Shown here in pieces: positions 1-10,900 of a stretch of 32,000 bases of DNA. This stretch comes from Promethearchaeum syntrophicum (GTDB lineage Archaea > Asgardarchaeota > Lokiarchaeia > Sigyniarchaeales > Promethearchaeaceae), in NCBI RefSeq assembly GCF_008000775.2, contig NZ_CP042905.2:2250001-2282000 (forward strand). The letters run 5' to 3'. The translations under genes and the position numbers were made by a program. A model generated the notes under the pieces. The model had not been told where the DNA came from. It made no database searches and worked only from the letters and a program-made list of their open reading frames with translations. Each line of letters starts with the position of its first letter. Within the stretch, counting starts at the first letter, position 1.

Positions 1-83
1 TAGATATTAAACCCAAAAAAACCGTAAGATTTTCATGATTTTTATTTTTATTTTTAAAATTTAATTTGATATTGCTTTAACTC

Positions 84-560
84 TTAAGATTTTATCCATT
101 TGATAAAATTATGAATATATTCCTTAGCTTTTTCAAGTTCACTTTCAATAAATGGACCTTCAGTATCTTGCACACGTGCAGTTAAGAGTTGTGAATAGGG
201 TTTCACGATTCTTTTTGATTTTTCTAATTTCTTCAAAAATCGTTTACTCCAACCTTGAATTTTGTTTGTTGCTAAACCATGAGTCAAGAAAAGCGTACCA
301 TATTCTATATCTTTATTAGCATGCTCTAATTCTGCATTTAATTGCTTTAACCATTTCTTTGATTTCGGAGCTCCCATAAACATTCTAATCGCTCCTCCTA
401 AAATAAGTACATCAGGTGTCTCATTTACCACCGTACTTGGAGAAATTTCTTTCACATCTCCGATCTTTATTTCCCATTCTCCGGAAAATTCATCTTTCAA
501 TAATTCTGCTAAAATTTTCCCATTACCGAAATTTGTATCATATAAAATCCATAATTTCAT
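84..560 (-). CDS. flavodoxin-like fold protein (candidate short flavodoxin family member)
   Basis: 158-aa ORF. The N-terminal strand plus glycine loop (MKLWILYDTNFGNGK) and a second strand-loop (DVLILGGAI) resemble flavodoxin-like FMN-binding folds. Call rests on motif resemblance only. Confidence 0.5.
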   Translation of the reverse strand: MKLWILYDTNFGNGKILAELLKDEFSGEWEIKIGDVKEISPSTVVNETPDVLILGGAIRMFMGAPKSKKWLKQLNAELEHANKDIEYGTLFLTHGLATNKIQGWSKRFLKKLEKSKRIVKPYSQLLTARVQDTEGPFIESELEKAKEYIHNFIKWIKS

Positions 561-745
561 TTTATTAACACCTATTTATTTTTTGATTAGAGGATTTAAT
601 AATTTTAAGGGGTGCCATTTGTTGTTAATAATGCTGCCATTTAAAAAAAGAGTACAATTTTTTGGACAAATTATAAGAATTTATTACTAATATCTGATAG
701 AATCCAAGGAATAATTTTATTTTAATAAAATTTTCATTACTTCAT

Positions 746-1519
746 GTGAAGAAATTAACCCCAGCGCTATTTATTAGTCATGGCTCTCCAATGAATATGG
801 AGATGGACAACCCTTATACTCGAGATATGAAAAAATTAGGGTCAATTATTGAAAAACCTAAAGCCATTGTTGTGATTTCTGCTCATTGGATTACAAAAGA
901 TTCATTGGTGACTGCTGATATAAGACCAAAAATGATTTATGATTTCTATGGCTTTCCAAAAGAATTATATGAATTTAAGTACGATGCTCCTGGTTCACCT
1001 GCCATAGCAGAAAAAATTGCACAAATTTTACCTTCTTCAGAGAGATCTTTATCATTTAACAGAGGATTGGATCACGCAAGTTATTCCGTCTTGAAGTATA
1101 TCTTTCCTAAAGCAGATATTCCTGTTCTTGAAATTAGTATTGATTATAATAAATCCTTTCGATTTCATTACGATTTAGGAAAAAAATTGGGGAAATTAAG
1201 GGAAGACGGAATATTATTCATAGGAAGCGGTAATATGATTCATAATTTCAAGTATATGAAACCAAAAATGGAGAGTCCCCCTTTTCCTTGGGCGATAGAA
1301 CTTGATGAAACTCTAAAAACTGCAATAGAAAATAAGGATCACGATAGTTTGATTAATTATAAAAAAATTCCATTGCATGATATGTTATTTGAAACCCATG
1401 ACCACTACTTACCTATGCTTTATATCTTAGGAATGCAACGGGATAATGAGAAAGCTAAATTTTTACATAGAAGCATCCAACATGGATCTGGGAACCAACT
1501 TTGCTTTCAAGTTGGTTAG
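746..1519 (+). CDS. LigB-family (class III) extradiol ring-cleavage dioxygenase, 4,5-DOPA dioxygenase/YgiD-like
   Basis: 257 aa with a GTG start. The blocks PALFISHGSPMN, VVISAHW, GLDHASYSVL and GSGNMIHN match the conserved His-containing blocks of YgiD/LigB-type dioxygenases. Confidence 0.8.
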   Translation: MKKLTPALFISHGSPMNMEMDNPYTRDMKKLGSIIEKPKAIVVISAHWITKDSLVTADIRPKMIYDFYGFPKELYEFKYDAPGSPAIAEKIAQILPSSERSLSFNRGLDHASYSVLKYIFPKADIPVLEISIDYNKSFRFHYDLGKKLGKLREDGILFIGSGNMIHNFKYMKPKMESPPFPWAIELDETLKTAIENKDHDSLINYKKIPLHDMLFETHDHYLPMLYILGMQRDNEKAKFLHRSIQHGSGNQLCFQVG

Positions 1520-1535
1520 TAAAAATAATAGATTT

Positions 1536-1967
1536 TTAATGTATTGCTCCACATCCAGGACAAAATTTTCCTGAAGGAGTCACTTCAACTCCGCATTCAG
1601 AGCAAAATTTAAGGGGTTTTAAATGTGGAGTCTCCAATTTCTTTTGAATTGGTGAAACTGTGTTTTGCTGACGGTGCTTTTCTTGCGCTTTATGTTCTTC
1701 AATTTTTTCACGAATTTTGTTACTAATTTCTTGACTTTTTACTCTTAGTTGCTCACTCTTTATTTTGGCTTTCGCTTTCAGATCTTGAGATTTAGTTTTT
1801 ATCTTGAGTTTCATTCGATTTTTGTGAATTTTCATGCGTTCCCTGAAAGGAAGGTCAAAAAATTGCTCTTCAATTGAGGAAGCAGTTGTTTCAGTTTTCT
1901 TATCAGTTTCTTGAGAGGAATTTTCATATTTTCCATAAGATATTGTTTGATATTCATTATTTTCCAT
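1536..1967 (-). CDS. Lys/Glu-rich protein with C-terminal zinc ribbon
   Basis: 143 aa. The long charged helical segment (KIHKNRMKLKIKTKSQDLKAKAKIKSEQLRVKSQE) is followed by CSECG-x10-FCPGCG, a CxxC...CxxC zinc-ribbon signature. Convergent with the dioxygenase gene across a 16-nt gap. Confidence 0.6.
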   Translation of the reverse strand: MENNEYQTISYGKYENSSQETDKKTETTASSIEEQFFDLPFRERMKIHKNRMKLKIKTKSQDLKAKAKIKSEQLRVKSQEISNKIREKIEEHKAQEKHRQQNTVSPIQKKLETPHLKPLKFCSECGVEVTPSGKFCPGCGAIH

Positions 1968-2263
1968 ATTTTTTCACCGGATAGGATGATATTAGGTATT
2001 AACTAATTCTATAAAATCCATATTGGTATAAGGAAAATTGCGAGACCAATTTTTATCAAATAAAGTATAATTTTGAATAATTTTTGTCGGGGGGAAAAAT
2101 CTTGCTTCAGTACTGATTATATATCGAAAATTCACTATTAATTTATGATCAACATTTCAATATTCACAGCTGTTATTATTTCCTTAATAAATTACAATTT
2201 CAAAGCCGACTGCTTTTTTATAATACAGCTTACCATTTTTTTTATTAGCTGAGGTTTTGAGTT

Positions 2264-4684
2264 ATGAGAATAAAAAAAGAGCGGCATGAGATTCATCTTT
2301 CGGTAAAAGATTTAATTTTTGCTAGTGAAACCCAGAATTATACCGTTTCTTCAATTCCTTATAATATTAGAGCTTCTAAAGGGACCGAGATTCATCAAAA
2401 TTATCAAGAAAAAAAAGAAGAATCTGAAGAAAATTTCAAAAAAGAAGTTGCAATTCGAATAAAGAGACAAATTGATGATTGGACATTTTATATTTCCGGT
2501 AGGGCTGACTGTATTTATAATGCAGGTGGTTTTCTTATTATTGAGGAAATTAAATCTATTTCAAATCTTTCAAAATTACCTCTCGATTCAAAAATAATTA
2601 AAGAATACAAGCAACAATTACTCATATACACTCACTATTTTGCTCACTTACAATCTGAAAAAGAGAAGAAAATTAAATGCAGATTGGTCTTGATAGATAT
2701 TTTTACTGAAGAAATCAAGGTTATCGAAGTCCCCTTAGAAGATTTTACTAATTATATTAGAAAACAATGCAGAAATATCTTAGAAATCTGGAAGAAAGAA
2801 ACTCAAATTAAATTAAATCAACGTAAAAGAACAAAATCAATCAAATTCCCGTTCCCGACATATCGTCCTAATCAAGAAGAGATTATTGAACAAACAATTA
2901 AAACACTAAAGGAAAGTGGTCGATTATTACTCTCCGCACCATCAGGATTAGGAAAAACCATTGGATCTTTATTTCCTACACTTAAATATATCCTGAAGAA
3001 AAACTTGCGATTATTCATCATAACTTCAAAAACAACTCAACAAAAGATATATCGAGACACTCTTCGTATGCTGGAAAAAAAAGGTGGAAATTTTCATTCG
3101 ATAATCCTTACAGCAAAAGAGAAGATGTGCATTAATAGCGCCTTTATTTGTGAAAAAAATTTTTGCCCATTTATAGAAAATTATGAAAAAATAGAATTAA
3201 CCGAACCTATCGAAGAACTACTTTCAAATAAAGTAATTACGGCCAGAAATATAAAAAAAATTGCCAAAAAATATGGAATTTGTCCATTTGAGTTAGCTCT
3301 TGATTGTTCACTTTCATGTGACGTTATTGTAGGTGATTATAATTATGTTTTTCATCCATTTATTAAGTTAAAGCGATATTTCGACCAATCTTATGATGAT
3401 GCTGTATTAATCATCGACGAAGCTCATAATTTGCCTTTTCGAGCAAAGGATTATTATTCTCCAGAAATTACTATTCAAGAAATCCAGGATTGTCGGCTAT
3501 ATTTGAATTCTATAAGTCTTCCAAAAGATATAGAGTCTGAAGGTATGAGAATTTTTAAGGAAATAAATAATTACATAAAGAACCTTATAGATGTAAACCA
3601 AAATTCAAACCAGAATAAGACGAAAATTGAAAGAATTCGACAAAAATATATAATTAAACTACAAGAAGATTTTTTCCGTAAACAGCTCAAAGATTATGAT
3701 CAATTTATTCTTAAATATTTCCAAGCATATTCTGATCAGAACAAGACACCTCCGAGTAAGAAGGATAAAATCCTCGATTTTTCGATGAAATTACGTCAAT
3801 TTTATATAATATTAAAAGAAAGTAATAATCCAGAATTTACTCCGCTATGCTATATCAAAGAAAAGAAGATCAAAATTCTATGCAAATCCGCAGCTCCTAA
3901 ATTAGAAAAGCAAATAAAGGGTTTTCACTCTGTAATTGCGCAATCTGCAACATTATTTCCAATGAATTATTATCAAAATATGATGGGATTTCCATCAAAT
4001 ACTCATAATTTAGAGTTAAATTCACCTTTTGCAAAAGAAAATAGGTTATATCTTCAATTTCCACATGTTTCAACGAAATATGAATATCGAAATGAATCTT
4101 ATGCAATAATTGCAGAAATTATAGGTAAAACTATTAATATTCGGAATGGAAATTACATTGCCTTTTTTCCGAGTTTTACATATTTAAAAGCCGTCCATGA
4201 AGAAATTAAAAAGATAACCTTGCAAGGAGAGATTTTAATCCAAGAATCGAGAATGAACGAGCGAAAACGCAAAGAATATTTAAAAAAGTTAAAAGAACCT
4301 AACCATAATTACCTTTTATTAGCCGTCCATGGAGGAATTTTCGGTGAAGGAGTTGATTTTACAGGAGATATGGCGATCGGGGCATTTATTATAGGACCTG
4401 GGTTGCCTGCATATTCTTTAGAGCAAGAATTAATTAAAAATTATTTTGATTTCAAATGGAAAAAGGGATTTGAGTATGCATATCGAAATATTGGTATAAC
4501 AAAGGTGATCCAAGCTGCTGGAAGGATTTTCAGAACAGATTCGGATAAAGGTGTTATACTTTTAATTGGTCAACGTTTTAACACACCTTATTATAACAAG
4601 ATATTACCGAGTGATTGGAATTTGGAAAAGGTACCAAATATTATTCAAAAAATTGAGAATTTCTGGGATTTTCACAACATTTAA
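2264..4684 (+). CDS. PD-(D/E)XK nuclease domain fused to an FeS-cluster XPD/Rad3/DinG-family SF2 DNA helicase
   Basis: 806 aa. N-terminal nuclease motifs: GRADCIY (Asp), IIEEIKS (ExK), QQLLIYTHY (QxxxY). Helicase motifs: Walker A SAPSGLGKT; four Cys (MCINSAFICEKNFCPF...GICPFE) between Walker A and B; DVIVGDYNYVF; DEAH box IIDEAHN; GGIFGEGVDF; QAAGRIFR. GAGG lies about 13 nt upstream of the ATG. Confidence 0.85.
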   Translation: MRIKKERHEIHLSVKDLIFASETQNYTVSSIPYNIRASKGTEIHQNYQEKKEESEENFKKEVAIRIKRQIDDWTFYISGRADCIYNAGGFLIIEEIKSISNLSKLPLDSKIIKEYKQQLLIYTHYFAHLQSEKEKKIKCRLVLIDIFTEEIKVIEVPLEDFTNYIRKQCRNILEIWKKETQIKLNQRKRTKSIKFPFPTYRPNQEEIIEQTIKTLKESGRLLLSAPSGLGKTIGSLFPTLKYILKKNLRLFIITSKTTQQKIYRDTLRMLEKKGGNFHSIILTAKEKMCINSAFICEKNFCPFIENYEKIELTEPIEELLSNKVITARNIKKIAKKYGICPFELALDCSLSCDVIVGDYNYVFHPFIKLKRYFDQSYDDAVLIIDEAHNLPFRAKDYYSPEITIQEIQDCRLYLNSISLPKDIESEGMRIFKEINNYIKNLIDVNQNSNQNKTKIERIRQKYIIKLQEDFFRKQLKDYDQFILKYFQAYSDQNKTPPSKKDKILDFSMKLRQFYIILKESNNPEFTPLCYIKEKKIKILCKSAAPKLEKQIKGFHSVIAQSATLFPMNYYQNMMGFPSNTHNLELNSPFAKENRLYLQFPHVSTKYEYRNESYAIIAEIIGKTINIRNGNYIAFFPSFTYLKAVHEEIKKITLQGEILIQESRMNERKRKEYLKKLKEPNHNYLLLAVHGGIFGEGVDFTGDMAIGAFIIGPGLPAYSLEQELIKNYFDFKWKKGFEYAYRNIGITKVIQAAGRIFRTDSDKGVILLIGQRFNTPYYNKILPSDWNLEKVPNIIQKIENFWDFHNI

Positions 4685-4722
4685 TGCATTCAAAACAAAA
4701 GAAAGAAATTTAGAAATAATCC

Positions 4723-5247
4723 TTAGAGAATTTTTTCCATAAAAAACCAATCAAATCTTATTATCGGAGGCACTTCAGCTTCGGGATATTCTTCAATTTC
4801 ATAGAACCCTGCAGATTTATAAACTTTGTGAGCTACAGTACTAATAGGACCTGTATCTAACCTTAACTTTGAATATCCAAAATCCTTAGCGGTCTCTATT
4901 AATTTGCTCATTATTTCGTTTCCAAGATCTTTACCTCTAAAATCAGGTTTAACGTACATTCGCTTAATTTCTGCAATTTCTTTATTGATCCTTTTCAATC
5001 CCCCCATTCCTGCAATTTTATCATTATAAGATACAATATATACAATTCCGGTAGGAGGAACTAAAGATTCAAATTCTGGTAATGAATTTTCTATATATTC
5101 ATCTATAGGTCCTAATGCATCAACAAAATCTAGTTCAAAATAACGTAGACACTCTTCTCGCATCCAATTTAAATATGCTTTATTCAGTTCTATGAAAATC
5201 GTTCGATGTGAGGATTTATCATAAACATGAAATATGATCATCATCAT
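4723..5247 (-). CDS. GNAT-family N-acetyltransferase
   Basis: 174 aa. Acetyl-CoA binding motif A region: IKRMYVKPDFRGKDLGNEIMSKLIETAKDFGYSKLRLDT (R/Q-x-x-G-x-G/A type loop). Confidence 0.8.
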   Translation of the reverse strand: MMMIIFHVYDKSSHRTIFIELNKAYLNWMREECLRYFELDFVDALGPIDEYIENSLPEFESLVPPTGIVYIVSYNDKIAGMGGLKRINKEIAEIKRMYVKPDFRGKDLGNEIMSKLIETAKDFGYSKLRLDTGPISTVAHKVYKSAGFYEIEEYPEAEVPPIIRFDWFFMEKIL

Positions 5248-5367
5248 TCAATTAGATCGTTGTTCTAAAAAATGATTTTAAAATCCAAATATTTACAAGA
5301 AAACGAATGATATAAACTTGATAGGTTTCAAACGCACTAACTTAAAATATCTAAAAGATGGAATCAA

Positions 5368-6927
5368 ATGGAAAGAAAAAGTATTTTAAATTACGTAATC
5401 GGTCCAATAATGCGCGGACCTTCAAGCTCTCATACCGCTGCATCCTATTTCATAGGTAAATTGGTCGGGAATTTCGTGAATTATCAGATCGAGAATGTCA
5501 AGATTATTTTCAATGAAGGAAGTTCGTGGGCGCATGTTTACCGAATGCAAAATTCCGAATATGGTTTTATCGCCGGGCTCATAAATTATGATTGGTTTTT
5601 GGATAATTTTTACCAATTAAAAGAAAAAATTCTTCATCAAAATATTTCAGTGAATTTTATGGATCAACCTTGTTCAGAAGCAGATCATCCGAATTATGTA
5701 AAAATTGAATTGAATTCAAGTTCACATCCTCCCATTATTGTGCATGCCAAATCAACCGGTGGTGGCACCATTCTTTTAACAAAATTTAATGAATGGAATG
5801 TTGAAATAAACGGTGAGAATTATTATCTCTTGATTGAATATCAAAAAGAACAAGAAAAACCGCTATTTCAAAGTTTGAATAAGTTTTTCTTAAGCGAAGA
5901 TTACCTCCTATCTCAAAATCATAAAGAATGGAATTTTATTCAAATTACCGCTAAAACTCCGATTCCTAAAGAATTACTAAATTATTTAAATAAAACAAAT
6001 CCTATGAATCTCAAATTTCATCGAATTAATCCCATTGTCAATGTCATCAAAGGTGAACCCCTTTTTAGAAATAGTCAAGAATTACTGGCACTTGTAAAGA
6101 AAAATCCTATAACACTGGGAAATATCGGATTGCAGTATGAAGCACAATTATTGGGATGTTCTATAGAAAAAATATTCAAAGATACGGAAAAAAGACTAAA
6201 AGTAATGTTAAGATCAGTAGAAACAGGTTTAAATAAGAATAAATCGAATATGAGAATTTTGAAACATTCTGCAAGTCACATTTACAATAAATTTCAAGAA
6301 AAGGCACTTTATGTAAACAACATAAATACTAAATGCGCCTTATATGCTTTAGCAGCCATGGATGTTACTTCTTCAGGAGGGATGATATGTGCTGCACCTA
6401 CAGGCGGATCTGCCGGAGTCTTACCTGCAATACTATATATATTAGCCAAAGAATTCGAATTAAATACCAAACAACTTTGCTTGTGTTTGCTAGCGGCAGG
6501 TGTAATCGGATTGATTAACTCTTATCGAAGCACATTTGCTGCAGAAATTGCTGGTTGTCAAGTTGAAATTGGAATGGCAGGGGCGATGGGATGTGCTGCT
6601 GTGATTGAAGCTGCTAATAGCACTCCAGAAAATGCTTTAAATGCAGCAGCTATTTCACTGCAAAACACTATGGGATCTGTCTGTGATCTTATTGCAGGAT
6701 TATGTGAAATTCCTTGTCATACTAGAAATGCCACAGTTGCGTCAAATGCATTTGTATGTGCTGATCTAATTTTAGGAGGTTATATAAATCCTATTCCTTT
6801 AGATGAAACGCTTGATGCCTCCTTAGAATCGGGAATGTTGCTGCCTAAAGAATTACGTTGCACTGCGTTAGGTGGAATTGCAAATACAAAGACGGCAAAG
6901 AAACTATTTAAAAAACTGGATAAATGA
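5368..6927 (+). CDS. sdaA: iron-sulfur-dependent L-serine dehydratase, single chain with beta domain then alpha domain
   Basis: 519 aa. N-terminal IGPIMRGPSSSHTAA is the beta-subunit signature. The C-terminal half carries ICAAPTGGSAGVLP, AGCQVEIG and VCDLIAGLCEIPCHTRNA, matching the alpha-subunit Cys ligand blocks of bacterial SdaAA/SdaA. Confidence 0.85.
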   Translation: MERKSILNYVIGPIMRGPSSSHTAASYFIGKLVGNFVNYQIENVKIIFNEGSSWAHVYRMQNSEYGFIAGLINYDWFLDNFYQLKEKILHQNISVNFMDQPCSEADHPNYVKIELNSSSHPPIIVHAKSTGGGTILLTKFNEWNVEINGENYYLLIEYQKEQEKPLFQSLNKFFLSEDYLLSQNHKEWNFIQITAKTPIPKELLNYLNKTNPMNLKFHRINPIVNVIKGEPLFRNSQELLALVKKNPITLGNIGLQYEAQLLGCSIEKIFKDTEKRLKVMLRSVETGLNKNKSNMRILKHSASHIYNKFQEKALYVNNINTKCALYALAAMDVTSSGGMICAAPTGGSAGVLPAILYILAKEFELNTKQLCLCLLAAGVIGLINSYRSTFAAEIAGCQVEIGMAGAMGCAAVIEAANSTPENALNAAAISLQNTMGSVCDLIAGLCEIPCHTRNATVASNAFVCADLILGGYINPIPLDETLDASLESGMLLPKELRCTALGGIANTKTAKKLFKKLDK

Positions 6928-7151
6928 ATTTTGGTCACATCTTCACATTCATCTCTAATTATTATATGATGAAATTGTATCAATCGGATGGTTATACTTT
7001 CATCGGCTTAATCATACTCTGCCTCTTAAGCTTAAAGTATGCAAATATGCAAATAGGCATAATATTTAAAATCAAAATGTAAAAAATTAAAGAGGAAAAA
7101 GAAAATAAAAAGTATATAGTGAAATAATAAAATTATATTGGACGAAATTAA

Positions 7152-7934
7152 ATGAGTATAAAAAATGAAATATTAAAAAATGAAATTGAAAATCAACAGA
7201 TTTTGTCAATATCAGACCTCCATAAAACCTACGACACGGGAAAGTCGAATGAGGTGAAAGTTCTTCGGGGAGTTTCTTTAGAAATGCGGAAGGGTGATTT
7301 TTTTACCTTAATGGGGCCGTCGGGGTGTGGAAAATCAACTCTGCTTAATATTGTAGGGGGTCTTACTAAACAAAATTGCGGCTCTGTGAAAATTAATGGA
7401 ATTGAACTTGATTCACTTAAGGATAATGCTCTCTCCGAGCTACGCAACCTCCATATTGGGTGGGTTTTCCAAAGCTTTGGATTGATCGATAATCTTACAG
7501 CTTTGGAGAATGTAATGATTCCCTTGGATTTAGCCAATGTTGAAGATTCAGTGGCAAAACAGACTGGTTTGGAATTACTGAAACGGGTTGGTCTTGAAGA
7601 CCGTGCGGATCATTTTCCGGACGGATTATCGGGAGGTCAAAATCAACGCACGGCTATTGCGAGGGCTTTAGCTAATGATCCTGAAGTTATTTTAGCCGAT
7701 GAGCCCACGGGGAATCTGGACACCTCTACAGGTTTGGAAATTATTGAATTATTTAAGGAGTTAGCATCACAAGGGAAAACCATCTTGATGGTAACTCATG
7801 ATGTTGCCTTAGCCCATGCTGCCCAAAAAGTGTTTATTTTGAGAAATGGCGTGGTTGCTGAAGAAACCAAAGACCCTGCTCTAAACGGGACCCAAAAACA
7901 TAAAGCTGAAATAAAAACGGAAAAGGAGATATGA
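7152..7934 (+). CDS. ABC transporter ATP-binding protein (MacB/LolD/FtsE-like), ATPase 1 of the operon
   Basis: 260 aa. Walker A GPSGCGKST, signature LSGGQNQRTAIARAL, Walker [14 protein letters not shown]-loop VTHD. The stop overlaps the next start (ATGA at 7931-7934). Confidence 0.9.
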   Translation: MSIKNEILKNEIENQQILSISDLHKTYDTGKSNEVKVLRGVSLEMRKGDFFTLMGPSGCGKSTLLNIVGGLTKQNCGSVKINGIELDSLKDNALSELRNLHIGWVFQSFGLIDNLTALENVMIPLDLANVEDSVAKQTGLELLKRVGLEDRADHFPDGLSGGQNQRTAIARALANDPEVILADEPTGNLDTSTGLEIIELFKELASQGKTILMVTHDVALAHAAQKVFILRNGVVAEETKDPALNGTQKHKAEIKTEKEI

Positions 7935-10900
7935 ACTGGATGGAAAATAAACCAGAAAAAAATATATCGAAAAAGAATAAACAAGGATTGAATAAACGCG
8001 AAAATAATTCATCGATACATAAGATTAATCAAAGGCGCGTGTTCCCAAAAAAAAAAAAACTGGAATTCATCGCAACTTTTCCCTTTGAAACTATTCCACA
8101 AACATTCAAAAGCGTAATTCACAATAAACGCCGTTCTTTCGCCATGCTGGCAGGAATAATTTTGGCAACCTCACTGCTTTCAGGGATTATTATCTATAAT
8201 AAAGAGCTGAAAGAGAATAATTATTTAACTCTTATAGAAGACCAACCCTTTGAAGTCGGTTTCAATATTCCCAATAATGAATCGATGATTGCTTTAAATG
8301 AACTCGCTACTCAGATTCGGTCAAATGAAAAAGTCTTAGCAGCTTCAATCTTCGGAGGTAGAAGGGGTGATTTTAAAGGGTACTTGGAGACTAAGCTCTT
8401 TACATCGACAGATCTCGTAAGTGAAGATCCAGAAGGGGTAGTGGCTTTTCCATTATTTATGGAAGAATCCATTTTTTCCAACGAAATCGGTGAAAAAATT
8501 GCAGAAATGGATTTTGAAGGAGAATTGGATTTGTCGGGCGATTCTGCAATCATTCCGTCAAGGATGGCTCGAGATCTCGATCTCGAAATTGGCCAGAAAA
8601 TTCCTCTTATAAACCTGACGCAAATTTATTACGATGATGGTGATCCTCCAAATCCTGTTCAAATAAATGGTCAATTGACTAACATTACCATCAAAGGCAC
8701 TTATAAGCTTGCCGAACAGACCAGTTTTAGTATTACTGATATCTTCAGCTCATCACCTTTTCAAGGATGGAATATTTATCTTTCGATGGATTTATTGACA
8801 AATAAAACCTCAATGGATGCTTTGGAAACTATTATGCATGATCAAGGTAATTTCTATATTGGGGTCAAATTGGATATTAATCAATTTTCAGTAGGAGATC
8901 CCGAGACTTTCATAGAGGAAATTAATATTTTTATAAATGATATTGCTCGAAACAACAACAACGATTTAGAAGGTTCAATTATTATCCAAGATGCTGTGAT
9001 TGGCTTTGAAATAATCTCAATTTTTATTACAATATTATATGTGGCTCTTTCTATTCCCGTGATAATTTTAAGTATATATTTGTTAAATTTTGGTATCGAA
9101 ATGAGCTTAGAAGAACGGAGAAGAGGAATAGCCATCAGAAAAGTCCAAGGTGCTAATTCGCGACAAATTTTTGGAGAATTACGAAGTGAAACGATATTTT
9201 TACTCCTTGTAGGAACCGTGATTGGATATCTTGCAGGGATTGTTTCTGCATGGCTGATTACTTCTGCTACTGGTTATATGATAATCGCCCCCGATCCGAC
9301 CACTTTTATTGATTTTGTGTATCTTGATTGGACAGCATTATTGGTGCCTTTTGTATTTACCAGCTTATTGATTATTCTCCAAATCTACAAGAAAGGGCGA
9401 AAATTCATCAATTCCGAAGTTACCCAAGGTGTCGTCAGAAGAGACCAAAAGAAAATTTCGTTCTTAAAAAGAACATATTTAGACTTTGTATTTTTCATAA
9501 TTGGAGTTATTGGACTGGGGATAGTAGTTGCACAAAGACTTAAAGTGGATATCCAATTAAGTCTTTTAGCCCAATTAGGAATCTTTCTAATCACCCCCTT
9601 CTTGTTCTGGATAGGAGGGAGTTCTTTGGGATCTCGGCTAACGAAATGGGTCCCTTTAAAGCTCCAAGCATCTTTTTTAAGGTTAAAAGTTCTTAACGAT
9701 GTGAAGCGAATCATAAAAAGTGGGTTAAAAAGGCGTGGAGATGTAGATAGATTAGCACTTATCATCATTCTTACATTGTCCATTGCAGTTCTTGCTACAA
9801 TTCAAGGCACTACCGAAGAACGGCACGCAGAACGAGACCTTGAATGGCAGGTGGGGGCAGATTGGCAAGTCAATTTTAATACCCCTGCCGATCATCATGC
9901 TAATTTAAGCCAAATAATCGGATTTGACGAAAACATTGCACTCACAGGCACCTTTGTGAAAATTTTAACATCTAGTTTATCTGTTATAGCAATAGAAAAT
10001 AGCTTTGAATTAGCAAATCTGCAGGAAGGTAAACCTGTATTATATTGGCAAGAAGATAATTTCAATTCATTCACAGCCCAAGAGGCATTACAAGAACTCG
10101 AAACTACTCCCCGGGGAATTTTCCTAACCTCTGATTATGCGGACTATCTTGCTCTTAACACAGAAGATAAAATCGACATAAAAGTACCAATTACTGGATC
10201 AACTTCTGGTGAATTCCATGAAATAGAAGATATTAGTATATTAGGAACAATGAACCAATTTCCAGGCTCTTTAAGTTTTTCGAGTCTTACATCGGAATCA
10301 CTTATGAGAGAAATATTAGCTCTCAGTATGAATATGAGTGCTGATGCGTTGGCTACTGGGGCTCTAAATTCTTCACGTTATTATGTTAGGACAGATAACG
10401 GTGCAGATATGTCCGTAGATCAAATATCTGCTACCCAAATCGAAGTGGAAGAAATGGATGATATTGAAAATGATCGTTCCTTTTATTATGAAAAAAACCG
10501 ATTAGATAGTTCCACTCAAGGATATGGTATCTCGGGATTGCTTTCAATGGATTTTGTTATAAGTCTTTTAGCTTCCCTGATTAGCGCTTTCGCTTTTTCA
10601 GCAATCATTATGGAGAAGCGGAAACACGAATTTGCTATTCTGCGATCGATTGGAGCTAAGAAGAAGCATATTTACAAACTAGCATTGGGAGAGAACACGC
10701 TGATGATGCTTACGGCTTCGATCTGGGGGATTTTCCTTGGAATTGGGATTGCTCAATTATTCAATGGAGTATTTATGTTCGTAAGTATGATTTCGGAAAC
10801 GTTCTCTTCTATTGATCGGCTAGTTGAGATTCCCATCGTAGAGTTGATTATTATTAGTACAGTGACATTCCTAGGTATGCTGGGGGCGACTGTTGCTTCA

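Noticed and set aside
613-642. 8-bp direct repeat TGCCATTT x2 (613-620 and 635-642) between the divergent flavodoxin-like and dioxygenase genes
   Set aside because: It is too short, and only two copies occur in an AT-rich spacer, so it could be chance. I kept it only as a note.
3897-4106. Minus-strand ORF inside the helicase gene; also 5422..5616, 6333..6518, 6780..6983, 17408..17605, 18043..18228, 26046..26318, 27803..28033, 28338..28559, 29280..29468 and 30981..31166
   Set aside because: All are nested within, or overlap the end of, longer motif-supported genes on the other strand or in another frame.
7229-7537. 102-aa minus-strand ORF inside ABC ATPase 1. Similar ORFs occur at 7796..7984, 8311..8553, 8881..9135, 9328..9543, 9385..9783, 11287..11487 and 11714..11974.
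   Set aside because: They lie entirely within strongly motif-supported plus-strand genes. Their translations are low-complexity with no motifs, so they are classic shadow ORFs.
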